From assembly GCF_018350175.1 (NCBI RefSeq), contig NC_058368.1:17176001-17240000 (forward strand): a DNA stretch of 64,000 nucleotides, in the 5' to 3' direction. The translations under genes were made by a program, and so were the position numbers. The stretch's first letter is position 1. Each line of letters opens with the position of its first letter. Below, piece by piece: positions 37,815-50,854 of this stretch. The notes beneath the pieces were generated by a model. That model made no database searches, was not told where the DNA came from, and saw only the letters and a program-made list of their open reading frames with translations. Source of the stretch: Felis catus. Its lineage: Eukaryota.

Positions 37815-38415
37815 ATCCTATGCTTTTTGGCCCCATAGCTCCTTCATGCTTTTGACAATGCTCTTAGTATTTATTGAGGATCTCAAAGAATTTTTGTCTC
37901 TGTAGATGACATCTTTTTTAAATTTGCCGTACGAGAAATTTAAGAAATTTTTTTTTTAATTTTTTTTTCAACGTTTTTTATTTATTTTTGGGACAGAGAG
38001 AGACAGAGCATGAACGGGGGAGGGGCAGAGAGAGAGGGAGACACAGAATCGGAAACAGGCTCCAGGCTCTGAGCCATCAGCCCAGAGCCTGATGCGGGGC
38101 TCGAACTCGCGGACCGCGAGATCGTGACCTGGCTGAAGTCGGACGCTCAACCGACTGCGCCACCCAGGCGCCCCTAAGAAATTTTTAAGGATGTATTTAT
38201 CGATGTATTGATTTATTAATCCAACAACAATAATCCCATGATAGGTTAACCTAAGTACACATATTTTTATAAGAAAGAACTGCATTTTCCAAAAAAAAAA
38301 AAAAAAAAAAAAAAAAAACAGTGGGGAAAATAGGCATTATTTTATATTTCGGGCAAACCTTTCGCTGTCTAGCGTAGCAGAAGACAGCTCAATCTTCTGT
38401 CTACTTCTGCACTGA
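37815..38415 (+). mobile_element. Charlie1-like hAT DNA transposon fragment, interrupted by a SINE
   Basis: ttattgaggatctcaaagaa...ataatcccat...gaagacagct...cttctgca matches recalled Charlie1 terminal region. Confidence 0.7.
37953..38174 (-). mobile_element. Young CanSINE (SINEC_Fc type)
   Basis: near-consensus, CpGs intact, perfect TSD taagaaattttt. Confidence 0.97.
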
Positions 38416-38585
38416 TAACATTCTTAACTGCATGTGCCCTGGTGGTAAAGAAAACAGGGACTGCTAGTGCAGTTTGCTGTGCTGTGTTGCTATATGCTAA
38501 GGCACCAAGAGGGCCCATCACTACATTTGCCCGCTCAACGTAAAGGCCAAGACAGCTGATATCTAAGCCCCGAACATTTTATCTC

Positions 38586-38834
38586 TTTTTTTTAATTTTT
38601 ATTTTCTTTTATTATTGTTTTAATGTTTATTTATATTTGAGAGAGAGAGAGAGAGCACAAACGGGGGAGGGACAGGGAGAGGGGGAGACACAGAACCCGA
38701 AGCAGGCTCCAGGCTCTGAGCTGTCAGCAGAGAGCCCGTCGCAGGGGCTCAAACCCACAAACCGCGAGCGCGAGTTCATGACCTGAGCCGAAGCTGGTCA
38801 CTTCCCCGGCCACCCAGGCGCCCCCCCCCCCCCC
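38586..38834 (-). mobile_element. CanSINE with damaged A-box region and C14 run at its head
   Basis: body and tail canonical; ggtcacttccccggccaccc replaces the usual A-box segment. Confidence 0.9.
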
Positions 38835-39609
38835 GTTTTCTCTTTTAAAGAGAAAGAGACCAAGGTAACACTGACCAAATGAAGCGTCTGTTTCTACCAG
38901 TACACCAGTAGAAGAGTAATGGAAGAAATCATTATTTATTATGCAATGGTTTTCATCATTTTCTTTTAATCCAGTGAGGAAAGTTCAGGGGAAAGAGCAG
39001 AAGCCTTGATCTGATGCCGAAAGCAAAAAAAAAAAAAAAAAAAAAAAAACGGCACCCTGCTTTTCCTCTTCAGGTGGCAGCTGTTTCTTGTAACCAAGAC
39101 CCGTGTTTTGTTTACTAAAATAATTCTGAGGACCAAGTAATAACTACAAATTCCTTTTGTAAAATTAGAATAGCTGTATTTTTATTTGGTTTGTGGCTCT
39201 TTACCAAAGAAGACATCAAACACTGTTTAAAAGAATCGTTTGAAGTACATTGAAGAAAAAGGTCAGAGCAACAATTTTATGATGCTTAGGTCTGCTCTTT
39301 GATGCATACTGGATAAAACTCAGGCAGACGTTTATGTCTAGCTAACGAGATTGGTGATGGTTATGTGGCCAAAAGCGTATGACTTGGGAATGAAGAATAG
39401 ATTGTGGTGGAATTTATCAACCCCTCTTTTAACAGCAATTAGCACTTTGGTTATGTACAAAACAGCCAACAAAACTGATCTTTGTTACAGCATTCTTGCT
39501 AAAAGACACTCTTTACTTGGTACGCGTACCAAAGACAGGAAAATCTTGCATTAGTCAAGTAGGGTCCATAAACTAAGTTCTCTATTTTTTATTCCTAGAG
39601 AGCATCTTT

Positions 39610-39834
39610 TTTTAAAAAAAATTTTTTTTTTAATTTATTCGTTTTTGAGAGACAGAGAGAGAGAGACAGAGAGAGAGTGGGAGGGGCAGAGAGTGAGGGA
39701 GACAGAATCTGAAGCAGGCTCCAGGCTCTGAGCTGTCGGAACAGAGCCCAACGTGGGGCTCGAACCCACAAACCATGAGATCATGGCAAGAGCTGAAGTT
39801 GGATGTTTAACCGACCGAGCCATCCAGGTGCCCC
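39610..39834 (-). mobile_element. CanSINE
   Basis: TSD ctagagagcatcttt/ctagagggcatcttt. Confidence 0.94.
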
Positions 39835-41959
39835 CTAGAGGGCATCTTTAAACACAGAACAAATGAAGAATGAACTGATTCAGAATGGTTCAGCCAACAC
39901 TCTCCAATTGGGAAGCATAAACAGAAGTCCTGCATAGATGTTCTAGCAACTTCCTCACACCATTGGGGTACTTGCCACTTGCTATTCTTGGCTTTGCCAA
40001 TCTCAAAACTGAAATAACAACAAAAGTTAAATTTAATGTCCTGTATCATATTTATTTTCTGAACATTCAGAATTTTGCCAAAGACTTTTCACCAGCTTTA
40101 TTTAAGACAACGGTATTCCTGTGATACTCTTAAATAAATGTCACCCCACCAGTGACTTATTATCTGAGTAATGGTTTCTCTTCTTAGTACATTGTATTTT
40201 TGCACTTACTTGAGTGTAAATCTGTCTTCCTCTGGGAGAGTGATGTTTAGGCTGAGAAACATCCCCCTCTGTGTTCCCAGTACTTAGCTCACAAAAGTAT
40301 ATATGATTACTGCACAAAGGCAGCGACTTTCTATTACTGTATTCCCAGTGCCTACAACATCAGCTGGCATGCAGTCGGCACCCAGTAGATTTTGTCGATT
40401 CAAGGGCACCATTATGATTAGTGACCCACATATTCCCCCACTGAAAAGCAGAAGAAACTATTTTCCTTTTCCATTAGTTTCTTTTAAATTGTATTGTTCC
40501 TTATCATGACATAGATTTCAGGGGCTTTTGATTACACTGGGGTGCCCTTGCTAGGCCCGTGGATTATAAGCTCTTCGAAAACTAGAGACAGTTGTTTTAC
40601 CCATATCTGGGTATATTTCTCTTCACAATAATAAACTCTAATGGTGTTACCCATGGTAAAATGCCGTATCCTATTCTTACTGTTTTAAGTTAAGAAAATG
40701 TTACATCTATCTCCTTCATGCCTCACTTTCAACATCCATCTATAAAGTTAAGAAAATTAAATAAGCCTATTTTAGAAAATGCAATCACTATCAGCACTTC
40801 GTAGAATGCCCTTCTCTCTCCCATCCACTCCTGCCAGGTCTGGTCCAAGCTCGTTCTGAGACATCTCCCTGACAGTAGGGATCAGGGTCTGGCTCAGGAG
40901 GCAGAGAATAGAGTCTTCTAATTCTTAAGCCTCACAATGGGTATTTATGCATAAAAGAGCAAAAGTCTATAGAGTCCTATTTTAGTGTGATACCTATGAG
41001 AAAATGTCTATTAACGCTATACTATGTTTATGTAATACTAAAGTTTAATTTGAGTCTAAACAAAAAGTTTAGTTTAATACTAAAGTTAGAAACACACTCA
41101 CACCCAAGTTAGGAAAAAAGTATTCATGGAAGTTTTCTTTAGCATCATAGCCCCTAAAAATATTTCAATTATTGAAATCAGGATTCAACGTGCAGTTGAA
41201 CATGGCAGTGTGCACGTGATCTGATTAATTTCCTTATTATCTTCATATTCTCCAGATTGGGATAAGCTTTATTTTCAATTTCCACATAGCTTCTCCTATG
41301 TGAAACAGTTTTCAGCAACGCAAACAACAAAAATGTTATAACATAGAAATGGATGTCATAACCATGGAACCAAAACTATGAGAACGTCTTACAAAGAAAT
41401 GATATAAATTGGAATTAATAAGTTCATTTGTTGAGTTACAATGGTCGCTATTGGTGGTGTTTGACTGAAGCTCTGCTGTTTGGGCTAAACAAGAACTGAG
41501 AAGCAGGAAGGAGCTCCTTCCAGGCCACGGTCCTGTGGGCCAGCTTCTGTCAGGTTTATCTGGACTCCTGATCCACGGGCTTGGCAGTCTCAAGTCTCAC
41601 TCCCTACAAACTTCCTGCACCGGCTCCTGCACCTGGGTGTGAATGCTTCAGGCCTGGCAGCTGAGGTCGCTGGGGGAATCCACAAAAACACAATCGACAC
41701 CAGTATGGTAAACACAGCTCTCGTTCTTAACTGTAAACTGAATCTTCTTTAAGATAGTTTCATCTATTTGTGTTCTGAGGTGCTCTAAGGGAAATGATCT
41801 TGCGTGCCATAGAGAAGCCCAAACATGCACAAAACTATAAGAAATCACTGCTTATCCTTCTTTATGGGCTGAAGTCATAGAGCACGGGTGAATTTTGCTT
41901 CTACTAACAAGGCAAACTTACAGGCTGGTACTATCTTCTTTTTCATAGAAGGTGACAGC

Positions 41960-42410
41960 CACTGTTATCCATGGCCTCCTTTTTCCTGACCAGTCTGGCT
42001 TCATCCCCATTGCACTACTGAGTTGGCCTCCTCCAAAGTTATGAACCACCTGCTAAGTTCAAAACCAATGACTGGTACTCACTTCACACTATGGGGCATC
42101 CCATTAAACCATTCCATTTCCCCTTCTGCTTCTGACCTCTCCTTCTCCATTTGCCCCTCGCTTACAAAAATGGGTCTTCATCTTCCTCTTTCCTCGCCCA
42201 ACCTTCTCTCTTCAGAGATCCCATTTGTTCTCCTGGTCTCCTACCTGTAAGGTGAATTTTCAAATCTACATTGTCATCCTTGACTTTGCCCTGAGTTCCA
42301 GTTCTTCGCCTTCAACTACCAATGGACGTTTCCCCCTTGTCACTTTAAATACAATATATTAAAATTGGGCTTTTCAACTTGGCCTCACCAACATTCCATT
42401 TGAAAAGGAA

Positions 42411-42441
<31 letters not shown>

Positions 42442-43150
42442 TACACTATTTGGTTTTCCTTCCCTAAGTTTCTTATTTCTGTTTGTGGTAATATCTTTCA
42501 CCAAGTCACCTACACAAATTTCATTTAAATGTTGAATTTCATCGATTCTTTATTGAACCATATGAAATTTCTATAGGTCAAAAATGATCAAATATCAATA
42601 ATTTCATTTTATGATTACCAGGTTCACAGCCTTCTAATGTCAAATTACTCTAGTAGCCTCTTGCTCTTTGCACATCCATTTCTCTCTTTACGGCTTATTC
42701 TGAACATCGCCAACTTATCAATCCTTCTGAAACACTTATCTTTGAGAACTTCCTATTATCTCAAGAAAGAAGACTGAATTCCTTCACTTTTCACTTGTGA
42801 TCTTCAACAATCTGCCCCCAAACCTACTTTTACAGGCTCCTGGCTCTACTCAACTTCAGACTGCTGCTGTTCCAATGGAACTGGGGTAATGCCATCTTCT
42901 CCCCTCTTTATTCAGGGAACTCTCTTCTCTTACTTCAGAGATCCCTGTGCCTTAAGACTTACTCGAACATTAATTTTACATAGCTCAGAGAAATTTCCAG
43001 TATCATTCACCTCACTTTTAATTGTTTGTACTCATGAATCGTCCTTCTACAGTCTGTTAAAATGCCTTGAACGTAAAATGGTGTCTTGTCTGTTTATTTC
43101 TTTGTTAAGTGGAGCCTAGAACTTTATATAAAGTAAGTGATCAAAAAACA
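41960..43150 (+). mobile_element. Degenerate L2 fragments
   Basis: caaatctacatt...ccctgagttccag, caccaagtcacc, agtggagcctagaac 3' motifs. Confidence 0.55.
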
Positions 43151-44898
43151 GTTGCTGCTGCTTTTAGTGATTTTTTTAAATGGTCTGAGTCCTGGCCCAG
43201 ATACCATCATTGAACCTACTGTTCTGAAAATATCTCTCTCACCCAGAGATGGAGGTCTTTTTAAAGTAGCTTTTGGGCCCAACTCTATTTCCTATCAGTG
43301 CCACTGCAATTTACAATATCATGCACTGTGGACTGATCTATCTTTTAGGCAGACTCCCAGATTTCATCAGAATGAAAACTGATGAAAGATAGAGATTTTC
43401 TAGAGATTTTTAAATTCTTGGACAAGACTAGAATTTCTTTATCTTTCTAGCAATGCAGTCTTAGCGAGATCTCAGAATCTACTGAATCCAAATAGCTCAA
43501 TGCCTACAGTTAAATTGAGAAGCTTTGATACATGAATCCTGTTTTCATGGGAACTCATAATCTGTTATCTGAATATCCTGGCAATCGCCTCTTTTGTCAT
43601 CAAGTCATAATTGTCTGGTTCTTCCACTGCCTGCTTGATTTATTTTCAAATACCCTTGATCCTTGTCCTCTCAGGGATATAAATAAAATAATTCTTATAA
43701 GCCCTACTGGCCCCCTAATGTCCTCTATCCATATTTCATCTATGCTGCCAGACAATTGCTGAGATTTAATCCAAGATGATTTAAAAATAAGCTAGTTTAT
43801 GTTTTTAAATAACTCCCTAAAAAGGCAACTCTAAATCCTAAATTTCTATCTCTTGAGAGAATTCTATTGCACTGTGTATTTTGTTGCATTGTACAAAGGA
43901 AAAAAGGCAAAGAACGGGCTCTTCTGACTTTATAATAATTCTGCTAATCATCAATAAAAATAAAGGTAAGAAATAATTCCTATAAAAAAGCATGCCCCCT
44001 TCTGGTCCTTTAGGCCATTTTCAAAGATTATTTATCAAAAGAAGAGTCCACAGAATTAAAGGTTTCTACTATTAAGCTTCAATGAGGAAAAGATTCAGTT
44101 CAGAGAACCAAAACATATCATTTGGGAATAAAATAAAAGAAATCTGTAACTTAATCTTCAAATAGAATATGCCTAGTTACATTTTCTAAGTATGATAGCA
44201 TCCAAAGTCATTTGGTTTCAATTTATGATTAAAGGCATAAAGATAACATATTCATTTAAATATACTGTATTCATGAATTATTGACCCATATAACTGAGTT
44301 GCTACTGTAACTTTAGTTAAAGATTAATTCTGGTTGTTCTTACACTTTCCTTAAATCCTTTCACTTTGTAATTAAGAGGAAATATTATACTTAAAATTAA
44401 TTTCTATGTCATATTAGAAAAGAAAGAAAATTGATTGCATGAAACAGAAGACTTTCCCTTGACTCAGACATATTGATCTAAAATGGGTGCCAAATAAAAG
44501 ATCCTGGGTTTTTTTTTGTTTGTTTGTTTGATCTTTGGTCATCCTTCATTTGTCTTAGATCAGATTACAAAGCTTTCTTACTAAAAACTTCTTTTCTTAA
44601 TTGATATTCAATGTAACAATATTAAAAAGTATTTACTTCATTGACACAAATTCGTGTTTCTGTTAGTTCTTTCTTAAATACTGTTATCTATGAACTAAGT
44701 GTAATTGATATCCTTTTAAATTAACCATAATCCATGTTTCCAAAAGAAGAGAATTACATTTTTACTTGCTACATTTCAATCCACATCCAAAAACACTTGT
44801 CGATTGCCTACTATGTAAAAGCACTTTAATAATTCCAATAATATTTTGTAAGAAATACGAGTATGGTATATGAATATTTTGATTTTATTCATGTTAGG

Positions 44899-46118
44899 TG
44901 CAGTGGGCAGCCTCTGAGATGGCACCCCGTGGTCCTCGACTTTTGGTGTTTGTGCCATTGTCTGGCCCCTTCCCAAATTATATCAGGAATGGTCTGTATG
45001 GAAACAGAATATGGCAGAAGCATGCTATTGTATAATAAAGAATTTTCTTGGCCTCATCCCTGGTTCCTGAAAAAAGTTAGAGCTCGTGTCTGTCATTCAT
45101 AGTGCACCCCTCAGGCCAGACCTGAGTTTATGCTAATGAGCTGATTTGAAACATCACTTAGAGAGTTTCACAACAAGGGCCAGCCACACCAGAAAAACCA
45201 GCCACGTGACTAGATCAGTGGGACTTTAGAGCCACATGATATCAGTCAGACCTCATGGGAGGAAATGGAAAGCTGACATTGAATTTAATCCTGTGGTCAA
45301 CGATTCAATCAATCGAGCTTACAGAACAAAACTTTAATGAAAACCCTCGACATCCAAGAAGCTGGGTGAGCTCCCTGGGTGGTGATACAGAGCAACACTG
45401 CCAGCACGTTGTATCCTGAAGACGTGGAACTTTGGGCTTGAGACCCTTCTAGACTTAGCCTTTTCAACTCTTTGTTTGGTTGGTTCTGATTTATATCTTT
45501 AGAACAATGGTAAATATAGTACCTTCCTGAGTTCTGAGTCATCCTAATTACTGAGCCTGAGGGGACAGTACAAACCCACAAATCAGTAGTCAGTTGATCA
45601 GAAGTGCAGGTGGTGTGGAAACGCAGCGCTTGAAGCCGGTGTCTGAGGTTGAGGGCAGCCTTACAGGAGACCGTGCCCTTGACCTAGGAAATATAACCAA
45701 ATTCAGGAAAGGTAGAGTCAGAAGTGTATTGTGTGTGGTAAATCACTTCCAAGAGTTGAATATAAAAGCCACCGTGGCTTCTGCCTTTCTCTCTGGGATC
45801 TCTCACTCTGGAGGACATTTGCTGCCATGTTATGAGCAGTTCCAGCAAGAGTCCCATGAGCGAGAAACAGACCTCCAGCCAACAGCCATGCGAGTGAATC
45901 TTTTTGCAACTGGACCCTCCAGCCTCAGTTGAAGCCTTTAGACAGCCAGAGCCCTGCCTGACGTTTGATTGTAATCTCATTTGAGATCCTGAGCTACAAT
46001 TACCCCGCTGAGCCACTCCCAGATTCCTGAACCCCAGAAACTGGAAATAGCAAATGCTTAGTGTTTTTAGCCACTAAGTTTGGGGTAACTTGCAATACAG
46101 CACTAAATTATTCACTCA
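44899..46118 (+). mobile_element. MLT1F-like MaLR solo LTR, split by a nested LTR
   Basis: gcagcctctgagatggc 5' part; ccagattcctga..ccagaaact...gccactaagtttggggtaacttg 3' part. Confidence 0.82.
45029..45740 (+). mobile_element. MER21-like ERVL solo LTR nested in MLT1F
   Basis: cctgagtttatgctaatgag, gtcaacgattcaatcaatc, ccttcctgagttctg, cagttgatcagaagtgcaggt. Confidence 0.75.
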
Positions 46119-46329
46119 GCAACGTGCGGGTATTTGAGTTTGGTTTTAAGATTCAGATCTCGTTTTCCAGTTTATCCAAAGGAATGATGTGTGACTTCCC
46201 CTTCCTTGAGTGATTTTTCTTTAGGATATATCTCAGTAAATTTCAAAGACCCCATAACAAGCAAGGCTAAGCTAAATTCTGCAATAGGCTAAACCAGCCC
46301 CATAATCTCAGCGACTTTTCATAGCAGTC

Positions 46330-46435
46330 TACATAATTTATTGTCAAGTTGGCTAACATAGAGTGTATACAGTGTGCTCTTGGCTTTGGGAGCAGATTCC
46401 TGTGATTCATCACTTACATACAACACCCAGTGCTC
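46330..46435 (-). mobile_element. Short 3'UTR fragment of an older carnivore L1
   Basis: minus strand gagcactgggtgttgtatgtaagtgatgaatcac...gccaacttgacaataaa. Confidence 0.85.
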
Positions 46436-46436
46436 T

Positions 46437-46653
46437 ATTTCTTTCCTTTTTTTTAATGCCTCTTTATTTTTGAGCGGGGGGTGGAGGGCAGAGAGAGAGA
46501 GAGAGAGAGAGATGGGGTACACAGAATCCGAAGCAGGCTCCAGGCTCCCAACTGTCAACACAGAGCCCGATGTGGGGCTTGAACCCACGAGCTGTGAGAT
46601 AATGACCTGAGCCAAAGTCAGAAGCTTAACAAAGAGACTCACCCAGGTGCCCC
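46437..46653 (-). mobile_element. CanSINE abutting the L1 fragment
   Basis: reverse head acccaggtgcccc. Confidence 0.92.
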
Positions 46654-48004
46654 TAGCAAAGCAGTTAGATGCAGCCTGAACAGTTGTATTCCAGGTAGTG
46701 GATCAGCAGTGTAGGCAGGCTTCTTTCGTTTTTTCATCTCCCCACACAGGAGAAAGTCAGGAGGGTCTCACATGGGGTCCTATCAGCGGAGATGGAAATT
46801 ACAGTACCTCACTTCTGACCACTTCCCAGGGCCACCACACTCTGTCACACGGCACCTACTTAACCTCAAGGGAAACTGCACAATTCACTTTTTATACCCA
46901 GCCAAAAAGAAAAAATGGAATTGGTGACAATCAGAAGTCTCTACCATAAAGGAGAGACCTGCTTTCTTAGCAATGTACTAGACATGGTGAGTGGCATCAG
47001 AAGGTACAAATATCGACCTCCCCTGTCCAAAATAAAAAGAAGAGTCTTCATGATTCATGGGACATAGGCTGATGTAGCAATTCATAAACATCTCTACGAG
47101 ATGGCGCTCATGCCGTATCATGATTTTTACTTTCCATTTCGATGAAACTGTTACACTGTTTACGCTGCACCAAAAACACATAGAACCAAACGTAGCTCTC
47201 TCTGTTTCACGGACTATCAAGTTTTTTACTCCATCACACTCGAAACAGTAACAATATCTACAGATTTATGCATGACTTGATCGTGTGGAGTGGGTTGAAG
47301 GTTATTAAGACCAAAGGTGAGAGGAAGGGGAAGATTTTTCTATGTGTCTAGAGACACATGCACCCAGGTCACATGTTCTAACCTGGATGGCTTCCAAGAT
47401 GGACTAGTTAGCGCCTCATTTCTCCAGCTCCTCTCCTCTGCAGGCATTCACTTTACTGAATTTCAGTCTTTGCTCGGCTCCGATACTGAGCCAGGCCTCA
47501 CCATGGCAGTCTACATTCCAATGGGCTTACACACACTAACGTGCAGGAGCAGAGTATAATTAATCTTGCTGCCCTAAGCGTGTGCTAATCCTTTACCTGC
47601 CACCCTCTTCTCCAGTCCACACCCCTGCTCCGCTCCCTCCAACACCCTCACCTTACACACGTACCTTCCGTGCGTGGCCGGTCCACATGCTTTGGCTTAT
47701 GTTTAATTGTGCGTCCACTTCCCGCTCTGGAATCGAAGACATTGGAGCCATGGGCTGAAGGCCCTAATATCCAACTTGGGTCTCGTTAAATTTGAATCTG
47801 AAATCTCCCTACCCCTTCGGGATCTTTAATTTCGACCAAAGTACTAGAAGGAGACCTACAATCTACATATTTCGACGGCCCCGGGACCTGCCCATTACTG
47901 AATTCTTCCGTGCTGACAGCTACGCTGAACTTGAAGCTTATATCAGGGTCCAGCCTGCATGGATATGACACCACACTGTGACTGGTTTGATGCAAAGGCT
48001 TTTG

Positions 48005-48246
48005 TGGGAGGTTTTTGGTTATTTATTTATTTATTTATTATTTATTTTTAATTTGCATCCAAGTTACTCAGCATATAGTGCAATAATGATTTCAGGAGTA
48101 GAATCCAGTGATTCATCCCCTACGTATAACACCCAGTGCTTATCCCAAGAAGTGTCTTCCTTAATGCCCCTTGCCCATTTAGCCATCCCCTTACCCACAA
48201 CCCCTCCAGCAACCCTTGGTTTGTTCTCTGCATTAAGAGTCCCTTA
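48005..48246 (-). mobile_element. 5'-truncated felid/carnivore L1 3'UTR
   Basis: homologous to 33310-33460; (TTTA)n tail; TSD tgatgcaaaggcttttg/tgatccaaagccttttg. Confidence 0.9.
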
Positions 48247-48650
48247 TGATCCAAAGCCTTTTGAAAGGCTGGGTAAGCTAGAGACAAAAAAAAGAAGCTT
48301 AAAAGGACAGAATATTTATGTTTTAAAATTGAGTATTTTACATAATTTTGGGTATTTATAAGACATTAATAAATCACCATAACATTGCACCTTCCCATAC
48401 ATAGATGATAATGCTATAATAAAGGGAAGAATACAGAAATAGATATGAATATGTAAAAGCAAATTATGTTGGAAACAAAAAAGACAATATATAAGAACAC
48501 AAAACACCTCAAACCATTGTCTTTATACGCTCATTCTTTGGTTCCCAGGAACTCAGAAGAAAAAGAGAGAGAGAGCGAGAGAGAGAGAGAGAATTTTTTT
48601 CCCAAGGTATTTGGTACATACACAGACCTAGAATTTAAATTGAAAGTTGA

Positions 48651-48872
48651 GGGGCCCCTGGGTGGCTCAGTCAGTTAAGCATCCTACTTCAGCTCAGCTT
48701 ATGATCTCATGGTTCATGAGTTCGAGCCCCACGTTGGGCTCTGTGCTGACAGCTCAGAGCCTGGAGCCTGCTTTGGATTCTGTGTCTCCCTCTCTCTCTG
48801 CCCCTCCCCTGCTTGTGCTGTGTGTGTCACTCTGTCTCTCAAAAATAAACATTTTTTAAAAATCAAAAAAAT
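48651..48872 (+). mobile_element. CanSINE
   Basis: TSD aaattgaaagttga/aaattgaagcttga. Confidence 0.94.
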
Positions 48873-50642
48873 AAATTGAAGCTTGAGATTAAAAGTTGAT
48901 TTTTTTGTCTATGTGGCACATAACCCAAAGAAGAAAGTGATGATCCAAAGATCCAGACGCTCGTGTTCCCAAATTTCTGTCTGCAGTTACTTTGAACTTT
49001 AATGATGATAATGAGATTGAAGTTCAATCATGTTTTATTACCTTTGTGAGAAACAGGTGAGGATGGGGGGTAGAGAATGGAAAAACTGCACTAACAAGTG
49101 TATTAATTATCCTCTTTTGTTTAAATCTTGATTCATCTGGATTTTGCAAATTTGGAAACTCTTGCTATTGTATCCTGTGCTCTGCTCTTCATTAGCGGAT
49201 AGATTAGAGAACAAAACTAAAAATGAAAAAAATAAAATAGCCTCGTGTGTTTTGACCTTCTCTGTAAGCACTCTGAAAATATGCTTTAAATAAACAGGCA
49301 TGCAGTATTTTTCATTCTATTCTCTACAGAAGAAGAGAACGGGGCCAGAAGTTTCCACCGTCCTTTTTTCTAAATACTCTATTTTATCTGCTAACCACGC
49401 TTCGCAAAGAGAGGGGGCTGAATACAAAACCAGCTCCCAATCCTTTTCTTGCTATGAGTTTGTATGAGTCATTGAACTGAAGTCCCGGGCAAGACCCCAG
49501 CTGGTCACAGGCAGGTAACTCTTACAGTTGTGACTCAAAAGAAAGCTAACACAGAAAAAACTTAGACGGGAGCAAAATTTAACCTTTTCCTCTCCAGAAG
49601 TAATAACTGAGCCAATTTTGTCTTCACATTAAAACTGGGTGGGAAGTTTTTCTCCCAAAGAGAACATACAGAAAATGCATTTTTTTTCCATTGTAAACAT
49701 TAGTTCTAGGTTTAAATCCTAACATTCATACATAGCTTGCCTCTTTGGAAGGCTTTCGGCACATGATAGTGCTTTTTGTCATCTGCTTCTAGGAGAAACA
49801 TGAAAGCTGATGTACCCCCGCGTCTGTCCTCACTCAGAGGGGTAGGGACCACAGGGCAAATGTATTCGCTCACAGAGGTTCTGAGTGCTGTGCCTCTGAC
49901 GCTATCTGAGGCTTAGGACCAGAAAGATGAACCAGAAGGACAAGAGAAACTTGTCTTCTGTCTTTATGATCTGCAGGACTTTTGTGTCATTCTCACCAAT
50001 TCCAAAGCTTGGTTCCCATGACACCAGCCCCAAGAGGTACTTTGTCTACCCTGAACAGTTCTTCCTTCCTTCTTCCCAAGAAGTTCAGATTATAGGTTTT
50101 CTCAGAGGGCACAGAGGCAGTGTTAAATCCCCCGGGATGTTCCCACCTTTGGTGTGTGTAGACGGTAGAGGTAGGGGTCAGGAGGAGGTGGGTGGGCTTC
50201 TGTTCAGCTTTAGAAAACATGTAAGACACTTCCAATCTCCCAAATAGGATACATTTCTGAGAAACTGTTGCCCTGCTTCTCAGCTGTGTGCTTGGTCCAA
50301 AGACAGGATGGAAGAATAAGGTCTCACTGATGGCTTCATCTCGTGCTACCCCATACCCTCAGGCAGTGGCACTTCTTCCTATGCATCAAATCCTCCCTTC
50401 TGGACCAAGCATGCATATATTTATTTCTGCTCATCTTCTATTCCCTCTCTGAGAGATGCTGAAATTCCTACAAACTGTGTAACACTTGGAAGACATAAAT
50501 AGGAAGAGACTCTATTTTTCAGAATGAGTCTATTAGGCATGCTGTTTTAGCTTCACCCAAATATTAAGATCCAGCTGCTCCGGGTGTAATGGGATTATAT
50601 TGGTCTTTCTCACTGACAATTCCAGTGAGGTTTGGTTTTGCT

Positions 50643-50646
<4 letters not shown>

Positions 50647-50678
<32 letters not shown>
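50647..50678. repeat. (TG)16 microsatellite
   Basis: direct reading. Confidence 0.97.
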
Positions 50679-50682
<4 letters not shown>

Positions 50683-50853
50683 GTATTAATTCAGGACATT
50701 ATGAAGTCAATTAAAGGATTTGTTAATAAAATGACATAATTGTTTAATCAACAAGCCTTTATTGAGCATCTATTATGTGCCAGGCACTTTCTTGGCACAA
50801 ACAGACAAAAAATCCTCTCTTAGGGAGTTTAAAGCTATGAAATGCATACACAT

Positions 50854-50854
<1 letters not shown>

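Noticed and set aside
41336..41700. GC-elevated patch with an 85-aa ORF, considered as a processed pseudogene or exon
   Set aside because: No poly(A) or TSD and no recognisable protein; at most enhancer-like.
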